Source: an uncultured Thermoplasmata archaeon (GTDB taxonomy: Archaea; Thermoplasmatota; Poseidoniia; MGIII; CG-Epi1). Taken from it: DNA of 64,000 nt. The position numbers and the translations under genes were made by a program. Shown piece by piece: positions 28,099-38,046 of the stretch. The notes below the pieces were generated by a model. That model worked only from the letters and a program-made list of their open reading frames with translations. It did not search any database and was not told the origin of the DNA. Where the stretch lies: contig CAXHBG010000001.1 in the NCBI GenBank assembly GCA_964015055.1, positions 730 to 64,729 on the forward strand, in the 5' to 3' direction. The stretch's first letter is position 1. Each line of letters begins with the position of its first letter.

Positions 28099-28645
28099 AA
28101 TTAATTTTTATTATCTAGAAAAGCCTACCCTTTCCAATTTAAATAGAATATTTGGCTCAGCAGATATTCCTTTTATTCGTTTGTCTAAGTTTTTATCTAA
28201 AGAAGAGGCAAATTTTGATATGAAGCTACAGAAGGATGAAAAAATAGGTTTTTATAAAAGACATGTGAGTCCAGCTCATCTAGGAGATTTCTGGGAATCT
28301 AAAGATTTTCTTAGTTTTTTGGAATTAGGAACTGGTCTTCATCTTAAATTTCGTACGTCACAAGGCCAAACTTATGGTCAAGGTGATTATTCACTTTTGC
28401 ATTCTGAGGAATTTGAAAGAAAAAGGTTAGTAGTAGTTTACGATTTCACAAATAATTGGAATATTGAGTGGGGCGGACATGATATCTATACTTCTCCAGA
28501 CAAGGATCCCTTGATTTGCAACAGAGACGCAGGAACACTGATGCTAACTTTGCTGGATGAAGGAGATTATTCTTGTACAAGATACGTTAGTTTGAAATCG
28601 GATTCTAAAGTAGTTATCGATAAGGTTATTTTTGATTTGAAATAG
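28091..28645 (+). CDS. degenerate DSBH (cupin) paralogue of the preceding oxygenase
   Basis: LLHSEE, VVVYDFTNNWNIEWGGHDIY and LMLTLLDEGD follow the DSBH pattern. The second iron-binding His is not evident. Confidence 0.45.
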   Translation: MSEINFYYLEKPTLSNLNRIFGSADIPFIRLSKFLSKEEANFDMKLQKDEKIGFYKRHVSPAHLGDFWESKDFLSFLELGTGLHLKFRTSQGQTYGQGDYSLLHSEEFERKRLVVVYDFTNNWNIEWGGHDIYTSPDKDPLICNRDAGTLMLTLLDEGDYSCTRYVSLKSDSKVVIDKVIFDLK

Positions 28646-28713
28646 ATACTTATTTTTGAGTACCTACGCTATTTTTATATCTCACATACAAAAGTAATGT
28701 CACGGAGATTATT

Positions 28714-29421
28714 TTGTCCGACTCAATTAACCTAGAAAAAATAAAAAAGGAACTACTTAGTGGTAATCCAATTTTTGTATTTGATGAAGAGGGAAGAGAA
28801 TCGGAAACAGATATTTTCTTTTATGCTAAATCAGTTACGAGTAAGAATTTACATTATTTGAGAAAAAACGGAGGAGGGATGATTTTCTTAGCCTCAGATT
28901 ATTCGGTTTCAAGAAAATTAGGTATTCCTTTCATGGAAGAGATATATGAGGCAGCTTTCTCAAATTCAAATGATTTTTCAATATTAGAGATGATGAAACA
29001 CCATTCCTTGCCATACACAAAATCTAAATCTTCGTTCTCCATATTCATTAATCATAAGGATACTTTTACCGGGATAACTGACGACGATCGTTCCCTGACT
29101 GCCCGTTCATTTTCAGAAGTTTTTGAAAAAGCTAAGACTATAAGTGCTGATGAATCCATAAAAATCATGGGAAATTCATTTAGGAGCCCAGGTCATGTGC
29201 CAATTTGTATAGCAGCCTCTAATGGACTTTCGGAGAGGCAAGGACATACAGAATTGATAACTGAATTATTTAAAAAAATAAGTTTAACGCCTGTTGCACT
29301 GGGCTGTGAAATGGTTTCTAGATCAGGTAAATCTCTGACACGTTATGAAGCAGAGATATTTGCAAAAGACAATGGATATTTATTTTTAGATGGTCAACAT
29401 ATCAAAGAGGTATGTCAGTGA
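28714..29421 (+). CDS. ribB: 3,4-dihydroxy-2-butanone 4-phosphate synthase
   Basis: FDEEGRESETD, RSPGHVPIC and TGITDDDR are RibB motifs. Confidence 0.8.
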   Translation: MSDSINLEKIKKELLSGNPIFVFDEEGRESETDIFFYAKSVTSKNLHYLRKNGGGMIFLASDYSVSRKLGIPFMEEIYEAAFSNSNDFSILEMMKHHSLPYTKSKSSFSIFINHKDTFTGITDDDRSLTARSFSEVFEKAKTISADESIKIMGNSFRSPGHVPICIAASNGLSERQGHTELITELFKKISLTPVALGCEMVSRSGKSLTRYEAEIFAKDNGYLFLDGQHIKEVCQ

Positions 29422-29858
29422 AGGTTGTAGCTACTGGTGTTTTTGATATAATTCACATAGGTCACGCCCATTTCTTGAACGCAGCCAAAGAGCATGGTAA
29501 TCATTTGACAGTAATTGTAGCCAACGATGCTACAGTCAGGAAGATGAAAGGGGAGCCCATTTTATCAGACAAGAGACGTTCGGAAGTAGTTTCTCAACTC
29601 AAACCAGTAGATGAAGTTGTGATAGGTAGAACAGGAGATATGCTTGATATTATTGTTGAAGACATAAAACCTGATGTTATTGCATTAGGTTTTGATCAAC
29701 GTTTATTTACTACAACTGAACTGTCAGCTAAACTATTGGAAAGAGGCTTGGAAGTTAAGGTAGTTCGACTTGAAGAAATGGAGCAAGATTTAGCAGGTTC
29801 ACGTAAGATAATTTCTAAAATTTTAAAGGTATATAGGAAAAAATATAGTTCTGAATAA
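29412..29858 (+). CDS. ribL: archaeal FAD synthetase (FMN adenylyltransferase, cytidylyltransferase fold)
   Basis: GVFDIIHIGHAHFL is the nucleotidyltransferase HxGH motif. The size and riboflavin-cluster context fit. Confidence 0.75.
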   Translation: MSVKVVATGVFDIIHIGHAHFLNAAKEHGNHLTVIVANDATVRKMKGEPILSDKRRSEVVSQLKPVDEVVIGRTGDMLDIIVEDIKPDVIALGFDQRLFTTTELSAKLLERGLEVKVVRLEEMEQDLAGSRKIISKILKVYRKKYSSE

Positions 29859-30466
29859 TGGTTTTTACAGGAATAATACAAGAAAAAGCGGAAGTGTCTA
29901 GTATTGAAAAATCACAAGATTTTTCTAGTATTCGAATAGAAGCAAGTTCAGAGTTTGTAGAAGGAATTAAGATTGGAGCGAGCGTTTCAATTGATGGAGT
30001 TTGCTTAACAGTTACTTCAATAAAGGATAACAGTTTGACTTTTGATATAATTGTAGAAACTTTAAGAGTTACTAATTTATCAAATTTAGAAGAGTATGAT
30101 TTAGTTAATCTAGAAAGGGCAGCGCGTTTTGGAGATGAAATTGGTGGACATATTGTCTCGGGCCATGTTTCTGGAATCGTTAAAATATCAAAAATAGAAA
30201 AGACAACTAATAATCACATTATATCCTTTAAAACGAGTAATGACTTGATAAAATATATTTTTCCAAAGGGGTATGTCTCACTAAATGGAATAAGCTTAAC
30301 CATTGGGGATGTAAATAGATTAGATAATATTTTTACTGTTTATTTAATTCCTGAAACGCTAAGAATTACGACTATGCTAGACAAGAAAGTTGGAGATATA
30401 ATTAATTTAGAAGTTGAAACCCAAACCAAAAATACAGTAGATTTAATAACTGAGATGCAGGTGTAA
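29858..30466 (+). CDS. ribE: riboflavin synthase alpha chain
   Basis: The N-terminus is MVFTGII. The lumazine-binding repeat is duplicated, with GASVSIDGVCLTV and GYVSLNGISLTI. Confidence 0.8.
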   Translation: MVFTGIIQEKAEVSSIEKSQDFSSIRIEASSEFVEGIKIGASVSIDGVCLTVTSIKDNSLTFDIIVETLRVTNLSNLEEYDLVNLERAARFGDEIGGHIVSGHVSGIVKISKIEKTTNNHIISFKTSNDLIKYIFPKGYVSLNGISLTIGDVNRLDNIFTVYLIPETLRITTMLDKKVGDIINLEVETQTKNTVDLITEMQV

Positions 30467-30469
30467 TAT

Positions 30470-30874
30470 ATGGCAAAGTCAGTAGCGATTGTGGCAGGAA
30501 GTTATCACAAAGACAAAGTTGAGAAAATGGTTAAAATAGTTAAATCAATATCTCCTGAAAACAATCTGCTGGTTGAAGAAATAAGCTGGGTTCCAGGGTC
30601 AATGGAACTTCCCCTACAGGTTAAACGTTTGTTACTTAGGGAATCAATTGAAGGCGTAATAGTCTTAGGAATTATTGAAAAAGGAGAGACAGATCATGGC
30701 CTAGTCATGGGTCAGGCAGTTACTAAGTCAATCATAGATTTACAATTACTTTCAATGAAGCCTATAGGTTTTGGAATAATAGGTCCAGGTGCAGAAGAAG
30801 AACAAATTGATAAAAGAGTAGAAGTTCATGCTAGGCAGGCAGTGTTAGCAGTCTCGGAGATGTTATTTAATTAA
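30470..30874 (+). CDS. ribH: 6,7-dimethyl-8-ribityllumazine synthase
   Basis: At 134 aa, IAIVAGSYHKD and the size fit lumazine synthase. The gene closes the riboflavin cluster. Confidence 0.7.
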   Translation: MAKSVAIVAGSYHKDKVEKMVKIVKSISPENNLLVEEISWVPGSMELPLQVKRLLLRESIEGVIVLGIIEKGETDHGLVMGQAVTKSIIDLQLLSMKPIGFGIIGPGAEEEQIDKRVEVHARQAVLAVSEMLFN

Positions 30875-33488
30875 ATTTATTTTTTATTTTCCAATTGCTC
30901 ATTTTATATTTTTCTATAATATAGTGGAGAGCATGATAGAAGCTTGGTAGAGCAAAAACAGCCATAAGGAGAGAGAATAGAACTAGTGTAATAATTAATG
31001 CGAAGAAATTTCTTAGTCCAATAAATTGGCTACTAAAGAATGAAATAAGAACTCCGGAGAATACCCCTCCCATTGTGGTAAATGTTGCTTCTACAACTGA
31101 CTGACCTGTATTCTCAACAGCTTTTTGTATTCCTTCAGGAGTAGTACCTTCTTCCCTTACTCTTTCAGTAATTTGAATAGAATTATCAATACCAATTCCA
31201 ATAATAATTGTCCCAACCATTGCGGTAAAAATATTTAGATTAGTTCCTCCAGCGTCAACAGTCGCTGGGTACCACAGAATTACTAACAATATGGGTAGGA
31301 AAGTTATTACTCCGAATTTAACCGAACTAAAAATCACGATCATTGTCATCAAAACTAAAAGTAAACTTAGCTTAATCGTGTCGAATTGAGTTTCTTGAAT
31401 TCCTTCATTAATTGCGATACTTACAGGAGGACCTCCGGTTAATTGAGACATTTGCGCATCGTGGGCATGAATTTGTTTATCTCTTAAAAAAGCGATATTA
31501 TCTATCTCATTAACTAATATTGTGGTATCATCAATATTGATGTATGGCATGCTAACATAGATTAATGCTTTATCGTACTCATCAGTCAAAAGCATTGCCC
31601 GCATTTCATCGGTAAATGACTCGTAAAATACATCAATCATATCACTCCTTAGTTGCTCCCTGCTGTATAATGGATTTATATCAATCCAAACATAATCATC
31701 TCCAAAAAAGTCACTGTGTAAGAAATCCCAAAAGCTTCCGTCGAATTCAAATTGAGTTTCACCATCTAAATCATCCAGAGTAATAGTGATATGGGCTGAT
31801 TTGAAAAAGTCAACGATAGAAAAAGCTGAAACATTTATAATTTCATTAGAATTTCTATTAGTAACGGATAAATTATTTATCTCTCCTTGCGTCCAATTCA
31901 TAACATCTAAAACATCTAAATCTTTAGCAGCTGGCTTTAGTCTATCTTCAGGACCGTTTACTAGTAAAATTCCAGTTTGTCCAGCTTCAAATTTTTCAGA
32001 ATATTCGCCTAATTTCTTAATTGAATCAATATCTTCAGGTGCAGATTCACTTCCTTTAATGTCTTGATCCATTACTGCAATTCTTGCTATAGAGTAAGAC
32101 GTTGTTAGAAGTAAAACTAGTAGAATAGTTTTCCATTGTTTTGTTGATAAGACTGCTATACTTTTCCAGCCTTCTGATTTATGCCTTGAATAATTAGTTA
32201 GCTTCATAATTGCAGGAGTCATACTAACTGTCAGAAAGAATGCACACATTACTCCGACAATCATAGTAAATCCAACGGTTCTCATTGGAGCAATTGGAGA
32301 AATGAAGAGAGCAGAAAAACCAATCGTATCTGTTACGGCACATAGGAAGGTTGCTTTTCCCGTCGTAAGTAATGCTAAAAATGTTGCTCTTGGCATTTTA
32401 TTTCCTTCGTCTTTAAATTCTACAATTCGATTGGCTACGTGTAATCCATAGTCAACGCCAATTCCAACTAAAATTGGTCCGGCTGCCACAATCATTGGGG
32501 TAAGAACCACTCCAGATAAATTTACAATCCCGAGTGTCCAAATTAGAGCACAAAAGATTGGTACTAAAACAACAGGTATGGCCAACCAGTTTCTATGAAA
32601 AAATAACATCATAGCAATTACTATACCTAATGAAATAGGTAGCATTGTTAGTAAATCATCGTATAATCTAGCAGTTACTTCGTGAAGAACAACAACAAGA
32701 CCAGTTTGAGTCATGTCAGTTCTAGCATTATATCTTTGATCAATATGCTCTTGAATCTTAGCAATCATTTCTTCTTGTGAAGCATCATTATTTTCTCCTT
32801 GATATTTTAAAGCGAATAGAATTACTGCAGTATCAATTATCTTATCATCATTTGTGTCTATAGCAAAATTTTGTAAGGCTGATGACGTACTATCATATAT
32901 TTGGTCTACTCTATCTTGATCATCGGGTATATTGTATGTACCAGTTAGATTTACAGTATCATCATCATTTTGCTCAATACTTAATCCACCAAATATTTTC
33001 CCTTCAGTTGCTTCTATAAATCTAGCATTTGTTGAGTTAAATTCCTTAATTAGGGTAGAAATACTTAGTGTAAAAATTATTCCATCTTTATCACCTCGAT
33101 CAGCTTGATAAGTTTCTAAATCTTCACTTTGTCCATATTTATCAATTGTAGCTTCAAGAAGAGCAATTTCTTTCAAAGTAGGAACATAGGTAATATTATC
33201 AACTACAATGTCATTAAAGACATTGGGATCGTTAGCATTCCCAGTTTCAATATAGACAATGATTAGATCAGTTGCCCAATCTTGTCTAACCTCAATTAAT
33301 ATTTCTGTAGATTCCTCTCCTTCTGGAAGATATACTTCGATATCTCTTGTCATATTTTCTTCGAAAGTTAAGGCAGATTGTAGAAGAAGAACAGTTATTA
33401 GACTAAGAATAGCAATGGTGGCTATAGCATTCTTCAAAATTATATTAGTATAAATTTGAACTCCGTTCTCTAAAGCCTTCGTAATCAC
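30867..33488 (-). CDS. RND/MMPL-superfamily exporter
   Basis: The 873-aa protein has two 6-TM bundles, each preceded by a large extracytoplasmic domain, giving SSD-like topology. Confidence 0.7.
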   Translation of the reverse strand: MITKALENGVQIYTNIILKNAIATIAILSLITVLLLQSALTFEENMTRDIEVYLPEGEESTEILIEVRQDWATDLIIVYIETGNANDPNVFNDIVVDNITYVPTLKEIALLEATIDKYGQSEDLETYQADRGDKDGIIFTLSISTLIKEFNSTNARFIEATEGKIFGGLSIEQNDDDTVNLTGTYNIPDDQDRVDQIYDSTSSALQNFAIDTNDDKIIDTAVILFALKYQGENNDASQEEMIAKIQEHIDQRYNARTDMTQTGLVVVLHEVTARLYDDLLTMLPISLGIVIAMMLFFHRNWLAIPVVLVPIFCALIWTLGIVNLSGVVLTPMIVAAGPILVGIGVDYGLHVANRIVEFKDEGNKMPRATFLALLTTGKATFLCAVTDTIGFSALFISPIAPMRTVGFTMIVGVMCAFFLTVSMTPAIMKLTNYSRHKSEGWKSIAVLSTKQWKTILLVLLLTTSYSIARIAVMDQDIKGSESAPEDIDSIKKLGEYSEKFEAGQTGILLVNGPEDRLKPAAKDLDVLDVMNWTQGEINNLSVTNRNSNEIINVSAFSIVDFFKSAHITITLDDLDGETQFEFDGSFWDFLHSDFFGDDYVWIDINPLYSREQLRSDMIDVFYESFTDEMRAMLLTDEYDKALIYVSMPYINIDDTTILVNEIDNIAFLRDKQIHAHDAQMSQLTGGPPVSIAINEGIQETQFDTIKLSLLLVLMTMIVIFSSVKFGVITFLPILLVILWYPATVDAGGTNLNIFTAMVGTIIIGIGIDNSIQITERVREEGTTPEGIQKAVENTGQSVVEATFTTMGGVFSGVLISFFSSQFIGLRNFFALIITLVLFSLLMAVFALPSFYHALHYIIEKYKMSNWKIKNKFN

Positions 33489-33523
33489 AAGTGCCCTATC
33501 GAGGCCTCAAAATAAATGTAATC

Positions 33524-35287
33524 TCAACTAGAATAGTAGTATTCTTTCTTACTTTTCTGTTCTCTGTCCAATCTTGAATCTGGCTTGTTGACCCGAGGTC
33601 TATGTGTATTTTTATCTCGTCTGAAGGTTACATCTACTCTTTCTAGGAAAATATTCATTCCCTCACGCATTTTGTAGGGTCCTTCCACGACCCCTCTTTT
33701 TCCGGGTTCCCCGCCAAAACATAATATCCCGTCTGAGATATAATCAATGAAGTAAATATCATGGTCTACTATTAGAGCAGATTTACCTCTGTTCTCCATG
33801 AATTTTCTAATAGTTTTTGCAGTTACCATTCTTTGATTTGCATCAAGATATGCAGACGGTTCATCCAATAAATACAAATCCGCTTCCTTGAGTAAGCATT
33901 CAGCAACTGCAACTCTCTGCAACTCCCCTCCAGACAGAGTTTGCATTTCTCTCTCTAGTAACGGCTCCAAATTTAGGGGCCTGTTTAGTTCAGTACTAAA
34001 TGTATGTTCATCATATCCTTCAACAGATTTTAGTAGATCTTCCACAATCATTCCTTCTTGAATATCAATGTATTGAGGCTTGTAAGATACAGCAATCTCA
34101 TTTTCAATTTTACCTTCATCAGGCTTTAACTCTCCAGCTAGAATTTTCACAAAGGTTGTTTTACCAGTAGCATTTGCACCGACCGCACCTAAAACTTGGC
34201 CGCTTAGTAGTTCGCCTGCATTTGAATCAAGATTAAAACTACCCAATTTCTTTGATAATTTAGGCCACTCTACCAGCTCCATTCCATCCCACCCGGTTCT
34301 TGGTGGATGTTCTAAGAATTTTATTGGTTTATCTCTAATTCTAACGTTTTGTTCAGGTAAGTATCCTTCAATATATGCATTAATAGCTTTACGGGTAGTT
34401 CTGGCTGGAGTGAAGATTCCAAAAGCCCCTTTCTTTCCATAAACAATATGAGTTAAATCTGCAATTACATCTAACACAGCTAAGTCATGTTCAATTACAA
34501 TTACTCTTGCAGATTCAGAGAGTTCTTGAATAATTCTTACGATTCTCATCCTTTCATAAATGTCAAGGTAAGAAGATGGTTCATCAAAGAAGTAAACATC
34601 GGCTTGCTTTAGCAATGTGGCGCAAATTGCTACACGTTGCAATTCTCCTCCAGATAGTTGGTCTAAATTTCGTTCCAAGAGATGACCTAATCCAAATTTT
34701 TCAATCATTTCATCATATAATCCTCTTTCATTTACTGAGGATAGAAGTTTACCCACATTCCCTTTGAAAGCTTTAGGAATATGGTCTACATATTGAGGTT
34801 TTAACGCCACTTTAACTGTAGATTCATTCAAGTCAGTTAGAAAATCTCTTAATTCACCACGCGGTAATGTTTCAATTACATCTTCCCACAGACAATCGCT
34901 TGATTCGAATTCACCAAGATTTGGAATTATGCTTCCGTTCAAGATATTAAATGCTGTAGATTTCCCCATTCCATTTGGTCCTAAAATACCAATTATGGAG
35001 TCTTTAGATGGGGTAGGCAATCGGAATAGTCTAAAACCATTGAGCGAGTATCTGTGAATCATATCAGTTTCTAACTCTTCGGGGAGATTGATTACTTTGA
35101 CAGCATCGCCGGGACAATTTTTAGCTCTCATCAAGCACGGCGGACAAGCGTCTTCTAAAATTTTACATTTATCATTTTCATCGACCTGTATACATTCAGC
35201 TCCACAAGACCCAGCATATTTTTGCAAATATTCAAAGGCAGGGCTATTTGGCTTGCATCTGTCCTCAAATAAAACGGCAATTCTCAT
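33524..35287 (-). CDS. abcE1: ABCE1 ribosome-recycling ATPase (RNase L inhibitor homologue)
   Basis: The N-terminal Fe-S domain has CKPNSP...CPPC. The two ABC modules carry GPNGMGKST and GANATGKTT plus LSGGELQR signatures. Confidence 0.9.
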   Translation of the reverse strand: MRIAVLFEDRCKPNSPAFEYLQKYAGSCGAECIQVDENDKCKILEDACPPCLMRAKNCPGDAVKVINLPEELETDMIHRYSLNGFRLFRLPTPSKDSIIGILGPNGMGKSTAFNILNGSIIPNLGEFESSDCLWEDVIETLPRGELRDFLTDLNESTVKVALKPQYVDHIPKAFKGNVGKLLSSVNERGLYDEMIEKFGLGHLLERNLDQLSGGELQRVAICATLLKQADVYFFDEPSSYLDIYERMRIVRIIQELSESARVIVIEHDLAVLDVIADLTHIVYGKKGAFGIFTPARTTRKAINAYIEGYLPEQNVRIRDKPIKFLEHPPRTGWDGMELVEWPKLSKKLGSFNLDSNAGELLSGQVLGAVGANATGKTTFVKILAGELKPDEGKIENEIAVSYKPQYIDIQEGMIVEDLLKSVEGYDEHTFSTELNRPLNLEPLLEREMQTLSGGELQRVAVAECLLKEADLYLLDEPSAYLDANQRMVTAKTIRKFMENRGKSALIVDHDIYFIDYISDGILCFGGEPGKRGVVEGPYKMREGMNIFLERVDVTFRRDKNTHRPRVNKPDSRLDREQKSKKEYYYSS

Positions 35288-35397
35288 TTTTCGATATTTT
35301 TGAAAGACTTAGTCTTGTCGTATTCCTTTCCATAGTACGAGTAATTAAAATCATATGGTCATCCAAAGATACTTTTGTCCCCCTTTAATGGGATGTT

Positions 35398-35835
35398 GTG
35401 CGAATTAAATTTACATTACCGGGAAAGCCCGTTGCTCAAGGAAGACCCCGATTCTATAGAAAAGGAAAATTTGTAGTTGCTACAGATCCTAAACCAAGTA
35501 AAGTTTACAAAGCAGATATTGCATATATCGCACAGAGAGCCAGAGAGGAAGCTGGAATTGAAGGTCTTTTTGAAGGTCCATTGGGTATGGAAATTTTAGC
35601 TTATTTTCCATGCCCTAAAAGTAAATGGAGAGTTAAAGTTCCTAGAATTGAAGAGCATCATGCAAAGAGACCCGATGCAGATAATTTAGCTAAATCAGTA
35701 AAAGATGGTCTAAGCGGAGTTTTGTATCATGACGACGGTCAAATATCAGAATTAGTAGTTAGAAAAAGGATTGCAGCTCAAGGCGACGGCCCAAGAATTG
35801 AAGTTGAATTGTACAAATTGGAGCCATTAGAATGA
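35398..35835 (+). CDS. rusA: RusA-family Holliday junction resolvase-like endonuclease
   Basis: TLPGKPVAQGRPRF and RPDADNLAKSVKDGLSGVLYHDDGQI match the RusA pattern GkPvpKgRPR...DxDNl.K...D. The gene has a GTG start and an ATGA overlap with folD. Confidence 0.55.
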   Translation: MRIKFTLPGKPVAQGRPRFYRKGKFVVATDPKPSKVYKADIAYIAQRAREEAGIEGLFEGPLGMEILAYFPCPKSKWRVKVPRIEEHHAKRPDADNLAKSVKDGLSGVLYHDDGQISELVVRKRIAAQGDGPRIEVELYKLEPLE

Positions 35836-36653
35836 GTTTAATCATAGACGGTAAAAAAATAGCCAAAGAAATAGAAACTGAATTAACCGCTAAAGTGGGT
35901 GCAATGGAGAGTGCTCCCAGATTGTCAGTGGTTCAGATAGGAGATGACCCAGCCTCTGCTTCTTACATTAAAGCCAAAGCTAATGCAGCCTCTAGAGTTG
36001 GCATCGAACTGACCCATCATCATTTATCATTAGATACTTCAATAAAAGAATTAGAAAATCTTGTTGACAATTTAAACGAAAGTGAGGATGGCCTCATAAT
36101 TCAGTTACCTATTCCCAAGGCCCTAGAACCTGTTTTAGAAAGAATAAAGCCTGGCAATGATGTGGATGGCTTTCACTCCGAAAATTTAGGAAAATTAGTT
36201 CAAGGAATTTCAGGAATGGTTCCTTGTACTCCAGCAGGTATTATTGAATTATTATACCGTTCTGGAAATGATCCCAAGGGCAAACACGTAGTTGTTGTTG
36301 GTCGTAGCACGATAGTTGGCACGCCACTGTCTCTTCTTTTATCTCAGAAAGGAGTAGATGCAACAGTTACATTGTGCCATAGTAGAACTAAATCCTTGCA
36401 TGAGCATTGCAAACAAGCCGATATCCTAGTGGCTGCAGTTGGAAAAGCTAATATGATTACTAAGGATATGGTAAAACCCGGTGCAGTAATAATTGACGTG
36501 GGAGTTAACAGAACCTCAGAAGGGTTAGTTGGAGATGTATCGCATGATGTTAGAGATGTTGCAAGTCAGATTACGCCAGTTCCTGGAGGGGTAGGCCCTA
36601 TGACAGTTGTGATGTTAATGTCGAATACGGTAAAATCAGCTTTAGAAAACTAA
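35832..36653 (+). CDS. folD: bifunctional methylenetetrahydrofolate dehydrogenase/cyclohydrolase
   Basis: IIDGKKIA, YIKAKANAASRVGI, VVVGRSTIVGTPL and PVPGGVGPMTV are FolD motifs. Confidence 0.85.
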   Translation: MSLIIDGKKIAKEIETELTAKVGAMESAPRLSVVQIGDDPASASYIKAKANAASRVGIELTHHHLSLDTSIKELENLVDNLNESEDGLIIQLPIPKALEPVLERIKPGNDVDGFHSENLGKLVQGISGMVPCTPAGIIELLYRSGNDPKGKHVVVVGRSTIVGTPLSLLLSQKGVDATVTLCHSRTKSLHEHCKQADILVAAVGKANMITKDMVKPGAVIIDVGVNRTSEGLVGDVSHDVRDVASQITPVPGGVGPMTVVMLMSNTVKSALEN

Positions 36654-37967
36654 GTTTTTGAAAAGTGTCCACGGACTAGTCAACTGGCGCTGGGCTTCCT
36701 TTGACGTTAAGCTCTCGGACAAAATCTTCTGGAGTTCAGGTTTCCTTTGCGCTTTGCCAATAAACCAATTTATCAACCATTCTTTTCTAGTATAATTTTG
36801 GATTTTGTAAGAATTTGTTAACTCTTTACCCAGGATTTCCCAAACCTCTCTCTGGTAATCTTCTCCACATTCTAAATTAAAGTCCTTTCTATTTTCTTTG
36901 ATATGCTTTATTGCAGTCTTTGCAGATAGAAGGGCATTTCCTATACCTTCTCCAGTAAAAGGATCTACCAAACTCCCTGAGTCTCCCACTAGTAGGCAAC
37001 CATTACCAAACATTCTTCTTAATTTCATACTATTATTTCTCGGAGAGCCCAAAGGTAATTGCCAAGCTTTTCCGCTATTTTCTACCAATTCAGCATTCTT
37101 AAATCTCGATGCAAATTTTTCTTTTATTATATATTTTTGAAGATCTTTTAGTTTCTTATCTTTACTCTTATAATCTTCAAGTGTAATACCTAAGCCCACA
37201 TTGCACGTATTGTTGCCGACAGGAAAAATCCAAAAATATCCAGGAATAACTCCATCCACATAGTGGAATTCTATAGCTCCTTTTTCATAGTCTATGCCAT
37301 CTATCCCTCTCCAGTATTCTCTAAATGAAGTACTCCAATGTTTTTTCTTGATAAATTTTTCACCGTTTATTTCGGATACGACTGTTTTAGCAACAGGACA
37401 GTTTACGCCTCCGGCTCCTACAGTTATGGGAGCATAGAATTTTTTTTCTCCAATACCATTTTTTCCTTTTACACCAATTATTCGGTTGTTTTCTCTACTG
37501 TCAATAATCAAATCGTTAACTCGGAAGTTTTGGATAGCAAAACCTCCACTATTTTCCACGAGGCTCTTTGCTTCATTGAATAGGAACCAATCAAAATTCA
37601 TTCTAGGATATACATATCCTGTAGTTTCAGAATCTTTAATTTTAACTTTTACTTTTTCTTCTTTCGTATTACTAAATATTACACTATCAAATACGAAATG
37701 TGGACTTTTTTCCAGACTTCTTAATATATTCAATTCTTCTAAATGTCTTAGAGCTTTTCCTCCTACAGCGTCTCCACAGACTTTGTCTCTTGGAAATTCA
37801 TCTTTTTCTAACAGTAAAACTTTGAGCCTTTCTTTAGCAGCATAACAGGCTGCTGCAGAGCCTGCAGGCCCGCCTCCAACAATAATAACATCGAAATTAA
37901 CTTCATCTTCAGGAATCTTTTTAGTTTCTATATTTTTTTCCCAAAAATTATTAGCTTTATTCGACAC
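36642..37967 (-). CDS. geranylgeranyl reductase family FAD-dependent oxidoreductase (digeranylgeranylglycerophospholipid reductase-like)
   Basis: DVIIVGGGPAGS, DKVCGDAV, GYFWIFPVGNNTCNVGLGI and LLVGDSGS match archaeal GGR. Confidence 0.8.
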   Translation of the reverse strand: MSNKANNFWEKNIETKKIPEDEVNFDVIIVGGGPAGSAAACYAAKERLKVLLLEKDEFPRDKVCGDAVGGKALRHLEELNILRSLEKSPHFVFDSVIFSNTKEEKVKVKIKDSETTGYVYPRMNFDWFLFNEAKSLVENSGGFAIQNFRVNDLIIDSRENNRIIGVKGKNGIGEKKFYAPITVGAGGVNCPVAKTVVSEINGEKFIKKKHWSTSFREYWRGIDGIDYEKGAIEFHYVDGVIPGYFWIFPVGNNTCNVGLGITLEDYKSKDKKLKDLQKYIIKEKFASRFKNAELVENSGKAWQLPLGSPRNNSMKLRRMFGNGCLLVGDSGSLVDPFTGEGIGNALLSAKTAIKHIKENRKDFNLECGEDYQREVWEILGKELTNSYKIQNYTRKEWLINWFIGKAQRKPELQKILSESLTSKEAQRQLTSPWTLFKNLVF

Positions 37968-38046
37968 AATTTCGGAACTTATACCGATTAATAAACGTTT
38001 TCAACGTGGCAATACAAATTTTAAGACCTCTGTTAATCTCGCTTTA

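Noticed and set aside
28646-28713. Possible FMN riboswitch upstream of ribB
   Set aside because: The leader is only ~68 nt, far shorter than an FMN aptamer (~140 nt). The conserved FMN-element sequence blocks are absent.
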